The position numbers and the translations under genes were made by a program. Under the pieces are notes generated by a model. It did no database searches. It was not told where the DNA came from and was given only the letters and a program-made list of their open reading frames with translations. From an uncultured Oscillospiraceae bacterium (GTDB lineage: Bacteria > Bacillota > Clostridia > Oscillospirales > Oscillospiraceae), in assembly GCA_944383165.1 (NCBI GenBank), contig CALWON010000005.1:47-64046 (forward strand): a stretch of 64,000 nucleotides of DNA, given 5' to 3'. This document shows, in pieces, positions 11,301 to 19,430 of this stretch. The stretch's first letter is position 1. The number at the start of each line of letters is the position of its first letter.

Positions 11301-11644
11301 TGGGTTGGGCTGTCTGACTCCACACGAACCACAATTACAAATGGCGCATTTTCCTTGTGGTCAAAAAATTCCACCCCTACATAAGCCACAGTCCGCCCTG
11401 GTCTCAGGTACAGGTTTTCCCCTCTCTGCTTCCCATGTACCGAGCCCTGCAAGGTTCGTTTGCTCCGTTGATTGCCCGCTGTGTTAAATTCCTTATTGGT
11501 GGTCAAACAGTAGCGGATGGCATCCATAATGGTGGTTTTACCAACCGCATTGACGCCAATCAAATAGGTTGCATTGCGAAAAGAAATGGTTTCATCCTGA
11601 AAATTGTGCCAGTGAATGAGGCGTAATCTGGTCAACTCAATCAA
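8333..11644 (-). CDS. jetC: Wadjet/Mks-type SMC-family ATPase (JetC/MksB-like)
   Basis: LRLIHWHNF N-terminus, Walker A GVNAVGKTT, long coiled coils with a central hinge, signature SGGENQ, Walker B LVLLDEAF. TTG start at 11644 behind GGAGGAG overlaps the jetB stop. Confidence 0.85.
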   Translation of the reverse strand: MIELTRLRLIHWHNFQDETISFRNATYLIGVNAVGKTTIMDAIRYCLTTNKEFNTAGNQRSKRTLQGSVHGKQRGENLYLRPGRTVAYVGVEFFDHKENAPFVIVVRVESDSPTQELKQVAQDWFLTRHGIRLEDLQFLDADRRPTTKEVFKNSCDGIRNPATQRDARNYICRSLGIGDAESSLGKKFNEVFHMGTSLKEIQDIRSFIYAYILPEPEIKVEDLQSDMRELERLEETLLEAKTREKLLGEVVEQGNRTQELQNQVWIYDGMLIRLRLEQEQRKGKQCQQELIQAKQELSNLVPERQRLEERKKQTQEALRQAERERDDDPQVQAAVFYQQEQAQCQQELDRQQKRYENWNRSMTELEQLLGQLDTLNLDDTPVLQKEYLLEQGQEQQLSALVEVEEKLHRLEEVLDEESYQLRRKREQLQEERKNHVQELNELKKGKMVFPPPAELLRRKINGELEKQGLEQDAKILCELLYMEDEEWQDCAEAALGRRRFDVLVSPKHYPMAKQVFAQLGEQVEDIALVNTVVLEQDSKQWEPPQKEMLAAKVGSENRYAKQYINYLLHDIICCEQIEQLEQYRNSVSRDLLRHQGYRLQRMKQPIRCIGSDARRERQEQLQELIAEQMEQLKVLEEQGTKYGLCAQTLSQFIYGRHLLTLKQNLDVFHQLGQAQTKLSQVTEKIRDYETNPLLAGLFDRVKNCQEACEEVDSALDELKKQIWVYEKGMENTQKNIERNLQELDVIYGEKQRFEQIHPELIEAVIQQYGKLLQDCKPEERERTCGRVRSETAGLLQEALYQKLQPKQQEYNQNYVMDYPLGLNGLEEYRKAYNELVHIELERSIENLQEAKLRCKERFRKEILFRMKDDIQNAKLQFRALDRVMTQLTYGEERYHFSLSEPQDTQLRNFYHMILDEANVQITESDSFFTREAMSQPAYEAQVDELMERIMADINQAAQERATGEKPVSEQLSRYVDYRTYLEYDIQVENVVTGLKVPLSQVSGDSSGGENQAPFYVAICASLLQIYRHSPNSIRLVLLDEAFNNMTSDRIEPMMQMFHKLGLQLVLISTVEKCSSIYPYCDVTYSIVKAGSRAVLAPFEKIEL

Positions 11645-12221
11645 AGTTCTCCTCCCCCTCCCACTCAGAACGCTCATACTGCGAAAGCCGCTCTCTGGTC
11701 TCCTGACAGGCTTTTTCTATCTTTTCCTCCGGCATGAGAAGGATAATAGAGGGAAAAATCTGAATTCTCCCTGTGGCACTGTCCAACCGCTCCAGTGCCA
11801 TTGCCAAATGGTATCGCCTGAATTTTCTCAGACTATCCTCTAGCATCCGTCGGTCTAATTTTCTTGGTAAATTCAGTTTGTTGTACTCCGTTTCCAGTTC
11901 TTCCACTGTGATGGTCACAATTTGCTCTTGAACAGACAGCGTTTCCCGTTTTTCCACATAGAGTAAACGGAATAACAACAACAAAATACTTTCATATTTT
12001 AGAAATTCCACCCGTCCTGCACCAAATTGGTTCACCAACTGCGCCACTCGCAAGGTGCGATTGACCTGAATGGTATAGCCCAGCGGCTCAAATAGCTGCT
12101 GCATCTCCTCCAAATTTGCCAGAAGGGTATAGTATTTTTCCTTTGTAACATCCAATGTACCAACTAAAAAACAGTGATTGAGCAGGTAGTTTGCCAGCTC
12201 TGTTCGCACCTCACGTTTCAT
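11637..12221 (-). CDS. jetB: Wadjet JetB / DUF4194-like KITE subunit
   Basis: 194 aa with ESILLLLFRLLYVEK and IQIFPSIILL segments typical of DUF4194; lies between the JetA-like and SMC genes with overlapping stop/start. Confidence 0.8.
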   Translation of the reverse strand: MKREVRTELANYLLNHCFLVGTLDVTKEKYYTLLANLEEMQQLFEPLGYTIQVNRTLRVAQLVNQFGAGRVEFLKYESILLLLFRLLYVEKRETLSVQEQIVTITVEELETEYNKLNLPRKLDRRMLEDSLRKFRRYHLAMALERLDSATGRIQIFPSIILLMPEEKIEKACQETRERLSQYERSEWEGEENFD

Positions 12222-13632
12222 GTTTCCGCCTCCTCACTGTGAAATCCTGAAACCGCAACCCACCACAGACAAGGATATGGGGTAGCATTTCAATTTCATA
12301 CATTCTGTCCGATGATTGGGAGTAGGTATGTAGTCCAATCATCAACACCAGTTCTTCTGATGTGCCATATTGTTCTGCCAGCGCATGGGCACTGGTCTCC
12401 TCCTGCTTTTGCAGTACCTTTTGGGCAAAGTGGTTGACATTTTCCGCAGTGACTGCACTGCGGATATAGTGCATGAGCTGCTCTTGCCCTTGCACAATCA
12501 CATCCACTGGCAGTTCTGGCAGAGGCTCCATCTGCTCAATGATACGCCCCTGTTTGGGCTGAACTGGTGCTTTGAGCGACTGCCAATCCACATATCCCTG
12601 TTCAAAGCAGCAAATGGTATTTGCCATCCATGATTCTACTGGCTCCATCAACTCATCTGCATCCTGTATTTCCTGAGAAATCACCTGTAACAGCCGATTC
12701 ACCTTACTTTTTACCGTTGCATCGGACAACAACAAAAATTGTGCCCGTTGTACTGCCCTTGTGCGGTACAGAATATGCTGTCTGTCAATTTCATTCATCA
12801 GATTTCCAATTTCTTTCAGATTTTCTTCCAGATTGGAAATCAGTTGTTCAATGGTCTCTGCTGCCTCCTCCTGGGTGATTCGTTCCACGGTGGAACAGTC
12901 TTGGCAAAGCTGCTGAACATATCGACCCCTGCACAACTGTAATTGCTCCAACAAGTCTGACTTGTAGCAAAAGAGATTTTCACTGGTTTTAAAGCGGTGA
13001 TATGCTCCCTGTACAATCTCCCGTTCATAGGTATCAAAGAGCTGCAATACCTCCTGTGGTGTTTTCCCTTTGGTCAGGTCATACATGTACTCCCCAATGG
13101 ATGCCGCTAGTTGTCGCAGTGCTGTATTCAAATCCTCCAAATCTCCCACCGCTTCCCGCAGTACCGCTTCATAGGGGTGTTCTGTCTGTTCTATCCCCTG
13201 AAGCAATTTACATACTTTGAACAGCTTGCCCTGATAGGCGGTCACATTGGGGGATATGACATCACCAAAGGAGCGGATAATAGGCACAATTTTATGGTGG
13301 AAAACGAACTTTGGTTCCTCCTCATAACTGCCTTGGCGTTCCTCCAGCCATCCGGTCTGTTTCAGACGGCGCAGAAAGGCAGTTGCCATCGTTCGTGGTG
13401 TCTGCCCTCCCCCTTCTGAAAACTCCAGTTCTTCTTCCTCTAATACCACTTCTTTTTGTAACCCCATGAAGTAATCCTCTGCCCAGTCAATCATCATGGT
13501 TTTTGAGGCACCGTGGAGAGGGGTGCGCCTGCAATTTTCCCACAAGCAGAGCAGAATATCCATATATTCCCGTCTATGGTTTCCGGTTAACGGTCTAAAA
13601 AAATCCTGTGAAACCAGATCAAAAAGCTGCAC
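12211..13632 (-). CDS. jetA: Wadjet JetA (kleisin, DUF5716/DUF3375-like)
   Basis: LFDLVSQDFFRPLTG N-terminus, FLRRLKQTGWLE winged helix, C-terminal GLRFQDFTV. First gene of the ABC triad; GTG start behind GGGAGG. Confidence 0.8.
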   Translation of the reverse strand: MQLFDLVSQDFFRPLTGNHRREYMDILLCLWENCRRTPLHGASKTMMIDWAEDYFMGLQKEVVLEEEELEFSEGGGQTPRTMATAFLRRLKQTGWLEERQGSYEEEPKFVFHHKIVPIIRSFGDVISPNVTAYQGKLFKVCKLLQGIEQTEHPYEAVLREAVGDLEDLNTALRQLAASIGEYMYDLTKGKTPQEVLQLFDTYEREIVQGAYHRFKTSENLFCYKSDLLEQLQLCRGRYVQQLCQDCSTVERITQEEAAETIEQLISNLEENLKEIGNLMNEIDRQHILYRTRAVQRAQFLLLSDATVKSKVNRLLQVISQEIQDADELMEPVESWMANTICCFEQGYVDWQSLKAPVQPKQGRIIEQMEPLPELPVDVIVQGQEQLMHYIRSAVTAENVNHFAQKVLQKQEETSAHALAEQYGTSEELVLMIGLHTYSQSSDRMYEIEMLPHILVCGGLRFQDFTVRRRKHET

Positions 13633-13655
13633 CAAAACCCCTCCCATTCTGTTCT

Positions 13656-14357
13656 TTAATCTTCGTTCTGTTGCTGTTGTGTGAGCACACCACTGGGAAT
13701 ATAGACAGGCTCATCATCCAAATGCTGTTTTGTACCCACACAGCGGTTGATGGTCATACCTTGATTGTGAAATTTCTCCTCATAGTCTGTCATCACACCG
13801 CAAATTCCCTGTCCATGCAAGTCTCGTGTCACTTCAGACAGGGTATATCCTGCCTTTGGAAATTGGAACAGGGAATACTCAAATAAATCTCGGTTATCCG
13901 TTTTAAAATGAATCTGTCCACCTTCACGCAAAATACCACGATACAAAATCAAAAACTGTTCATGAGTTAGGCGACGGCGTGCGTGGCGGTTGGATGGCCA
14001 CGGGTCACAGAAGTTGATAAAAATACGCTCCAGCTCATCTGGCTGAAAATAGTCTCTCAGATAGGCAGCATCCCCATCTACAAAAAATACGTTATCCAGT
14101 CCCTTTTCCTCACACCGCTCCATTGCCACCACCATAGCATCTGCCACACGCTCAATGGCAATATACAGGAGCTCTGGGTTCTGTGCCGCTGTCTCTGCTG
14201 TAAACCGTCCTTTTCCGCAGCCAATCTCCAGCCAAATTCCCTTGGCATCCGGTTTTAAAGTATGCCACTTGCCTCGATACTGAGCTGGTTCACGAATCAG
14301 CATTCTGGCACAGCGTTCCATTCTGGGAATTAAATTGGGTTTTTTTCTCATTCGCAT
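13656..14357 (-). CDS. trmB: tRNA (guanine-N7)-methyltransferase
   Basis: MRMRKKP, LEIGCGKG, IFINFCDPWP, RRLT, FKTDN, TDYEEKF. Confidence 0.96.
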   Translation of the reverse strand: MRMRKKPNLIPRMERCARMLIREPAQYRGKWHTLKPDAKGIWLEIGCGKGRFTAETAAQNPELLYIAIERVADAMVVAMERCEEKGLDNVFFVDGDAAYLRDYFQPDELERIFINFCDPWPSNRHARRRLTHEQFLILYRGILREGGQIHFKTDNRDLFEYSLFQFPKAGYTLSEVTRDLHGQGICGVMTDYEEKFHNQGMTINRCVGTKQHLDDEPVYIPSGVLTQQQQNED

Positions 14358-14393
14358 GGAGTTTACACCTCATTCTGTCGTTCTAACAGTTGT

Positions 14394-14422
14394 ATCTTAG
14401 CATAGGAACTGACCCCTTGCAA
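14394..14422 (-). promoter_or_regulatory. Sigma-A promoter of the trmB-jetABC-comEC-holA-rnmV unit
   Basis: TTGCAA-17 bp-TAAGAT with extended TG. Confidence 0.6.
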
Positions 14423-14450
14423 TATTTTTAAAAAAATTTTGAAAAAGTAC

Positions 14451-14478
14451 TTGCATTTTTTCAAATGTGTGTTATAAT
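14451..14478 (+). promoter_or_regulatory. Sigma-A promoter of tRNA-Pro
   Basis: TTGCAT-16 bp-TATAAT with TGn extended -10 and an A/T-rich UP-like tract upstream. Confidence 0.7.
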
Positions 14479-14509
14479 GACATAGCCGTCAGCGATGAGG
14501 CAGAAATTT

Positions 14510-14585
14510 CCGGGTGTAGCGCAGTTGGTAGCGCGCCTGCTTTGGGAGCAGGATGCCGGGCGTTCGAGTCGCCCCACTCGGACCA
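14510..14585 (+). tRNA. tRNA-Pro (anticodon TGG)
   Basis: Cloverleaf folded by hand: acceptor CCGGGTG/CACTCGG, D-arm GCGC, anticodon arm CCTGC-TTTGGGA-GCAGG, T-arm GGGCG-TTCGAGT-CGCCC, encoded CCA. Confidence 0.97.
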
Positions 14586-14590
14586 GAACA

Positions 14591-14634
14591 AAAAATCCGA
14601 ACTGTATCTTTTAGAGGTATCAGTTCGGATTTTT
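14591..14634 (+). terminator. Terminator after tRNA-Pro
   Basis: aaaaatccgaactg ... cagttcggattttt inverted repeat followed by a T-run. Confidence 0.8.
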
Positions 14635-14648
14635 CTTTGTAATATACA

Positions 14649-14684
14649 AACGGCAGGGAATTTTGTGGTGATTCCCTGCCGTTT
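14649..14684 (-). terminator. Terminator after the ABC ATPase
   Basis: aaacggcagggaat ... attccctgccgttt inverted repeat. Confidence 0.7.
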
Positions 14685-14693
14685 ATGATACAA

Positions 14694-15344
14694 TTACATT
14701 CCTTTTGCTTTTAGTCGAATTTGTTGTTTGGCACATGCGTTGACATAGGGGTCATGTGTTACCACAACAATTGTTTTTCCATGACGATTCAGTTCTTTTA
14801 GAATTTCAAGGACATAGTTTCGATTGTATTCATCCAAACTGCCTGTTGGCTCATCTGCAAATACAATCTGTGGGGATTTTGCAATCACTTTTGCCAATGC
14901 CACACGCTGTTGTTCTCCGCCACTCAAGGTGTAAACCTTGCGACCCTCATACCCATGTAATCCCACCTGTTCCAATGCTCCAGCAATGATGCGACATTCC
15001 TTTTTTCTGCTGATTTGTTTGAAATGTGTTACCAATCTCATGTTATACATCACATCTTCTGTTTCAATCAACCCATAATTTTGAAAGAGATAGGAGAGTT
15101 TATACCGTCGCAATTTCACTGCCGCTGGGGAGGAAAAGACAGGATTCTTTTGCCCTAAAATGGAAACTGTTCCGCTGTCTGGTCGCTCCAGCATCCCCAT
15201 GATATTTAGTAGTGTGGTTTTTCCTGTTCCGCTCTCCCCCATCATAGATAAAAAGTCCCCCTGTTCTATTTTAAGGGAAAAATCATGAAAAAGCACTTGA
15301 TTTCCAAATTGCTTACAAATATTAGACAACACAAGATCTGCCAT
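14694..15344 (-). CDS. ABC transporter ATP-binding protein, lactococcin-972-group/LolD-like
   Basis: [48 protein letters not shown] resembles the bacteriocin-associated (TIGR03608-type) group. Confidence 0.85.
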   Translation of the reverse strand: MADLVLSNICKQFGNQVLFHDFSLKIEQGDFLSMMGESGTGKTTLLNIMGMLERPDSGTVSILGQKNPVFSSPAAVKLRRYKLSYLFQNYGLIETEDVMYNMRLVTHFKQISRKKECRIIAGALEQVGLHGYEGRKVYTLSGGEQQRVALAKVIAKSPQIVFADEPTGSLDEYNRNYVLEILKELNRHGKTIVVVTHDPYVNACAKQQIRLKAKGM

Positions 15345-15345
15345 C

Positions 15346-17391
15346 TTACTCAGCTCCCTTCACCACTTGATAAAGATTTTTTGTGGCATAGTTCTGCCCT
15401 ATCACTCCTGTGATTCCCAGTTCTCCAACCAATGCCGCCAGCAAAAGCCCATCATGGATGGATACATGTGTTGTTATGGTGACAAATGTCAGCAGGATGA
15501 GAACCATTCCATAAGAAATTATGGTTCCAATTAGATGTTTTTTCAAACAGTGGAACAAAGAATACCCCTCAATTAAACCATAGGCAATTTTATCCCTGTC
15601 ATTCTCACAATACAGTTTTGCACCAAATAAAATAAGACAGACAATTCCAACCAGTAAAACCACAGACTGGGTTCCATAGAGGGAAAGCATCTGTTGTTGA
15701 TGGTGTATGGTCTCCTGAAAGGTATCGGAAAGTGTGGGAGTGTTTGGTGTTGCTACATCAATCCCAGTTTTCTGGAGTATGGGAAGTAACGCTTCATAGG
15801 GGTTTTCCGCTGTAACTTTGAGAAAATAGGAGCCCTGTGAGCAATAACTGAACACAAATGCCCCACTCAACTGCTTTTCCTCCACAACCAAAATCACTGG
15901 TTCCTCAATTTCACCATAGTTTCCAGTTCCTGTGTCTGCATTGTAGGTATAAATTTGACTTAGCATTCCATCATATGGGATAAAGTTTACATCCATTTGA
16001 TAGCCATTGGAGAAAAATTCAGCCCAATACCCCTCTGTCTGCTCTTTTGAAATTGGAATTAGCACATTACATTCTGTTTGTGATAGTTCGTGTTGGGTAA
16101 TCTGGTTTCCGTTGCTATCATAAATTGGATTGAATTCCAGATAATTTTGGTTGACTGTGACATAAGTTTGACCAAATTCTTCTGCCGCAGTGGTACCACT
16201 GATTAAACTATATTGATAGTTGCTTGCACCCATTAAAACCCCTTGATAGCGGTCAACAGTTTCGGAATAGAATTCCATATAATTTTCCTTCAGGTTTTCC
16301 ACAGATGTATTTCTTGTGTTCACAGGGATAGTAACATATCCAGTCATCTTCTCTGCAAAATATTCTGCTGTTTCCATAGAATGATAGGCAATCATTCCAT
16401 TGCGCACTGCAATAGACAGAAAAAACATACAAAATGCCAGGAAAATGACTTTTGATACCATGGTTGCAATATAAATTCCCCTTTTTGGTACTTTCCCTTT
16501 GATATAATCTGACCCATGCTGTCGGCTCGTCAATAGGGCAGAACTGGCGAATCCAACCACCAAAACAAATAAAATTCCCAACATGTGCTGAAGAAAAAAT
16601 ACAGTATACTGTGGTAAAGTGGATGTGTATATCTTTGCTGCTACCACAAAATGGACAATCTGCACCATTCCAAAACTAAATCCCATCATAGGCAGCAGTT
16701 CTTTTCCCTCATCCAACAAAATGGTTTGTGTGGTATATCCCTCCATCTTTTTTAATACATTACGTTTTCCATTGGATAACACATAAAAAATCATACTTAT
16801 CACCAGCATAAATGCTGGTACAAAAGAAAAGAGCAAAACAGAGAACTGCCCAGAAACATAACTTGCTGGTTGCATCGTAACAGTATACCCCAACTGCTCA
16901 ATGGCATTTTTCACTTTGGATTGCTCCTCTATTTTTACATAGTAAGTACCTTCATTCAGGTTAAACGGTTGGGCATCTGACCAAGGGAAAAAAGATACAT
17001 CTTGCAGAAGTGATGGTACATTGAGATGATATACCTTATATCCATCTGGACTTGTAGTGGATTGACACTCCCCCTGTTTCAGAGGCTTTCCATCTATGCC
17101 AGAAAGTAATTCAACAAAATTCTCTGTGTGACTTGTTTTGTAATATTGGTAGTGTACCCTTTCCCCTGTGGCATCCAGATAGCGAAACATAATATCTGCA
17201 TTCACAGCATCCAATGCCTCACTAACGTCATTCAAAAATTCTGTGTTGGATTTGCTCTCTGGTTTCTCAATCACACAGGTTATTTTATCTTCTTCAATGC
17301 GGTCCAATGGCTCAAATGCAAAATTAAAACAGGATAGTACAGACAAAACAGCCACAAAAATGGTAAAACAGAACAGCACCAATGGTTTCAT
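15346..17391 (-). CDS. Bacteriocin-associated integral membrane protein (DUF1430-like)
   Basis: About 680 aa with N-terminal TM, KKMEGY and GLIEGYS repeat motifs, YVTVNQNYLEFNPI and LIPISK in the large loop, directly upstream of the ABC ATPase. Confidence 0.75.
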   Translation of the reverse strand: MKPLVLFCFTIFVAVLSVLSCFNFAFEPLDRIEEDKITCVIEKPESKSNTEFLNDVSEALDAVNADIMFRYLDATGERVHYQYYKTSHTENFVELLSGIDGKPLKQGECQSTTSPDGYKVYHLNVPSLLQDVSFFPWSDAQPFNLNEGTYYVKIEEQSKVKNAIEQLGYTVTMQPASYVSGQFSVLLFSFVPAFMLVISMIFYVLSNGKRNVLKKMEGYTTQTILLDEGKELLPMMGFSFGMVQIVHFVVAAKIYTSTLPQYTVFFLQHMLGILFVLVVGFASSALLTSRQHGSDYIKGKVPKRGIYIATMVSKVIFLAFCMFFLSIAVRNGMIAYHSMETAEYFAEKMTGYVTIPVNTRNTSVENLKENYMEFYSETVDRYQGVLMGASNYQYSLISGTTAAEEFGQTYVTVNQNYLEFNPIYDSNGNQITQHELSQTECNVLIPISKEQTEGYWAEFFSNGYQMDVNFIPYDGMLSQIYTYNADTGTGNYGEIEEPVILVVEEKQLSGAFVFSYCSQGSYFLKVTAENPYEALLPILQKTGIDVATPNTPTLSDTFQETIHHQQQMLSLYGTQSVVLLVGIVCLILFGAKLYCENDRDKIAYGLIEGYSLFHCLKKHLIGTIISYGMVLILLTFVTITTHVSIHDGLLLAALVGELGITGVIGQNYATKNLYQVVKGAE

Positions 17392-17411
17392 AAAACATTC
17401 CCTCTTTAAAT

Positions 17412-17462
17412 AAAAACTCCCTTGTTTTGGCAATCCAATCATATCAAAACAAGGGAGTTTTT
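17412..17462 (-). terminator. Terminator/attenuator hairpin between the histidine kinase and the DUF1430 gene
   Basis: Perfect 18-bp inverted repeat aaaaactcccttgttttg / caaaacaagggagttttt, with a T-tail ending about 10 nt before the RBS. Confidence 0.75.
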
Positions 17463-17480
17463 ACTTGTCATTCTTCTTTT

Positions 17481-18599
17481 TTATTTATGACTTGTTTCTT
17501 CTGTATTTCTTACGATTTTCTGACAGTCCATTGGCAGTTGAATCACAAATTCTATGGTCTTTTCCCTGCTGTGTGCTGTTATGGTTCCTCCATGCAGGGT
17601 TACAATCTCTCTAGCAATGGCAAGCCCCAACCCGGCACCACCTGTATGGGTGGAACGGGCATAATCCAAACGGTAAAACTGCTCAAAAATCCGCTCCAGC
17701 TTCTCTTGTGGTATGGTCTGCCCTCGGTTCCGAATACAAATTCGCACAACATCTTCCATCTGTACCAACGATAAAAACAGTTCTGTATTGGCATCACTGT
17801 AATAGATGGCATTCTGAATGAGATTGTCAATGGCTCGCTCTAATTTATCGGTATCACAGACCACTTCCACCTGCTCTTGAATTTCTAACTTCCATTGTAA
17901 GCCCTTTTCTGCAAGAATGGGATGGAATTCATAGGTTATCTGCATCAACATACGGCTGAGGTTCGTTCTGACTGGCTCTAATGAAAATTCATGGATGCGA
18001 TACCGTGTCATTTCAAAAAACTCATTGATAAGCAACTCTAACCGCTCTGCCTTTCCCCGTGCAATCCCACTATACTTTTGAATTAACTCTGGTGTAATCT
18101 CTGGTTCATCCTCAATCAGTTTTAAATACCCTATGACACTGGTCAATGGTGTTTTCAGGTCATGCGCCAAATACACCAATAAATCTTCTTTTTGCTGTTC
18201 TGCTTTCTGGGCAGTTTTCATCCTGTCCAGCGCCTGTGTCCGCACAAGGTTTAAATCCTGCTCAATGCTGTTTAGATTGTCAGGCAGCATGATGGGAACC
18301 TCTGTAGGGTGGGCAAGCTGTTTTGCCGCTTCTGCCACATCTTCCAGATATTCCAATGGTCGCAACAGAAAATGATAGGAAAGATAGCCACACCCTAACA
18401 TGGCTACCAGTCCTAAAGTTGGAATAAAAAATGGCTTGAATCCTTGAAACCATGCTGTTCTGTCCAGGTTGGTGGTTCCCATGATGATAAGAAACAGTAA
18501 ACCCAACAAAACCACTGCTACCACAAACACAGCAGCCAATCCCATCCATTGAATGGTCAATTTCAGTGCCAATTGTCTGTGCAAAGGGCAGCTTTCCAT
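17481..18599 (-). CDS. Sensor histidine kinase (VanS-like HisKA + HATPase)
   Basis: Two N-terminal TMs, LAHDLKTPLT H-box, NLIQNAIYY N-box, FEQFYRLD, GAGLGLAIA. Confidence 0.93.
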   Translation of the reverse strand: MESCPLHRQLALKLTIQWMGLAAVFVVAVVLLGLLFLIIMGTTNLDRTAWFQGFKPFFIPTLGLVAMLGCGYLSYHFLLRPLEYLEDVAEAAKQLAHPTEVPIMLPDNLNSIEQDLNLVRTQALDRMKTAQKAEQQKEDLLVYLAHDLKTPLTSVIGYLKLIEDEPEITPELIQKYSGIARGKAERLELLINEFFEMTRYRIHEFSLEPVRTNLSRMLMQITYEFHPILAEKGLQWKLEIQEQVEVVCDTDKLERAIDNLIQNAIYYSDANTELFLSLVQMEDVVRICIRNRGQTIPQEKLERIFEQFYRLDYARSTHTGGAGLGLAIAREIVTLHGGTITAHSREKTIEFVIQLPMDCQKIVRNTEETSHK

Positions 18600-18609
18600 T
18601 TCTTTCTTC

Positions 18610-19323
18610 TTATTCAATGGTATAGCCCACCCCCCACACGGTTTTGATATACTTTGGCTTACGGGGCTGTTCGTGCATTTTCTCCCGCAATCGGGCAATG
18701 TGTGCCATCACAGTGTTGTTGCTGCTCTCCAGAAATTTTTCTCCCCAAATGGTTTCAAACAGTGTTTCAGCGGAAATCACACGACCGTGATTTTGACAGA
18801 GATACCACAAAATATGGAACTCATATGGAGTCAGGCTTAATGTCTCCCCATTTAAGATACATTTATGATTGTCTTTGCAGATATACAGCCCTTTTTCATC
18901 ATATTCTTCCATTGGAGCAGTATCCGCTCCATTATACTGCCTATACCGTCGCAACTGGGTTTTCACTCTGGCAACCACTTCCAATGGATGAAACGGCTTC
19001 ACAATATAATCATCTGCCCCCAAAGTAAGACCCTGAATTTTATCCAGGTTTTCTCCTTTGGCAGTCAGCATAATCACTGGAAACAAATACTTTTGTCGGA
19101 TTTGACTGCACAATGTAAATCCATCCAGTTCTGGCATCATCACATCCAAAATGGCAAGGCTCACCGGCTCCTGTTCCAGATATGGAATAACCTCTTTTGG
19201 ATGGTAGCATGTTTTCACCTGAAACCGTTCATTTTTCAGGTATACTTCCAATAAGTCAGCAATTTCTTTCTCATCATCCACAATTAAAATTGTCTCCCTG
19301 CTTTGATCCACTGATATCACCAC
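18610..19323 (-). CDS. OmpR-family response regulator (VanR-like)
   Basis: ILIVDDE, AILDVMMP, MLTAK, GADDYIVKPF, IKTVWGVGY. Confidence 0.95.
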   Translation of the reverse strand: MVISVDQSRETILIVDDEKEIADLLEVYLKNERFQVKTCYHPKEVIPYLEQEPVSLAILDVMMPELDGFTLCSQIRQKYLFPVIMLTAKGENLDKIQGLTLGADDYIVKPFHPLEVVARVKTQLRRYRQYNGADTAPMEEYDEKGLYICKDNHKCILNGETLSLTPYEFHILWYLCQNHGRVISAETLFETIWGEKFLESSNNTVMAHIARLREKMHEQPRKPKYIKTVWGVGYTIE

Positions 19324-19337
19324 ACTGTTTTCTTTTC

Positions 19338-19366
19338 ATTCTATTGCAATTTCTGACCAAAGACAA
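19338..19366 (-). promoter_or_regulatory. Sigma-A promoter of the two-component operon
   Basis: TTGTCT-17 bp-TAGAAT. Confidence 0.55.
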
Positions 19367-19368
19367 GC

Positions 19369-19399
19369 CAAAAGCCCACCAAACTGGTGAGCTTTTGGT
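19369..19399 (-). terminator. Terminator after rtcB
   Basis: ccaaaagcccacc-aaact-ggtgagcttttgg hairpin. Confidence 0.7.
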
Positions 19400-19430
19400 T
19401 CCTGCTCTTTTATAGATACCATATACTTGG

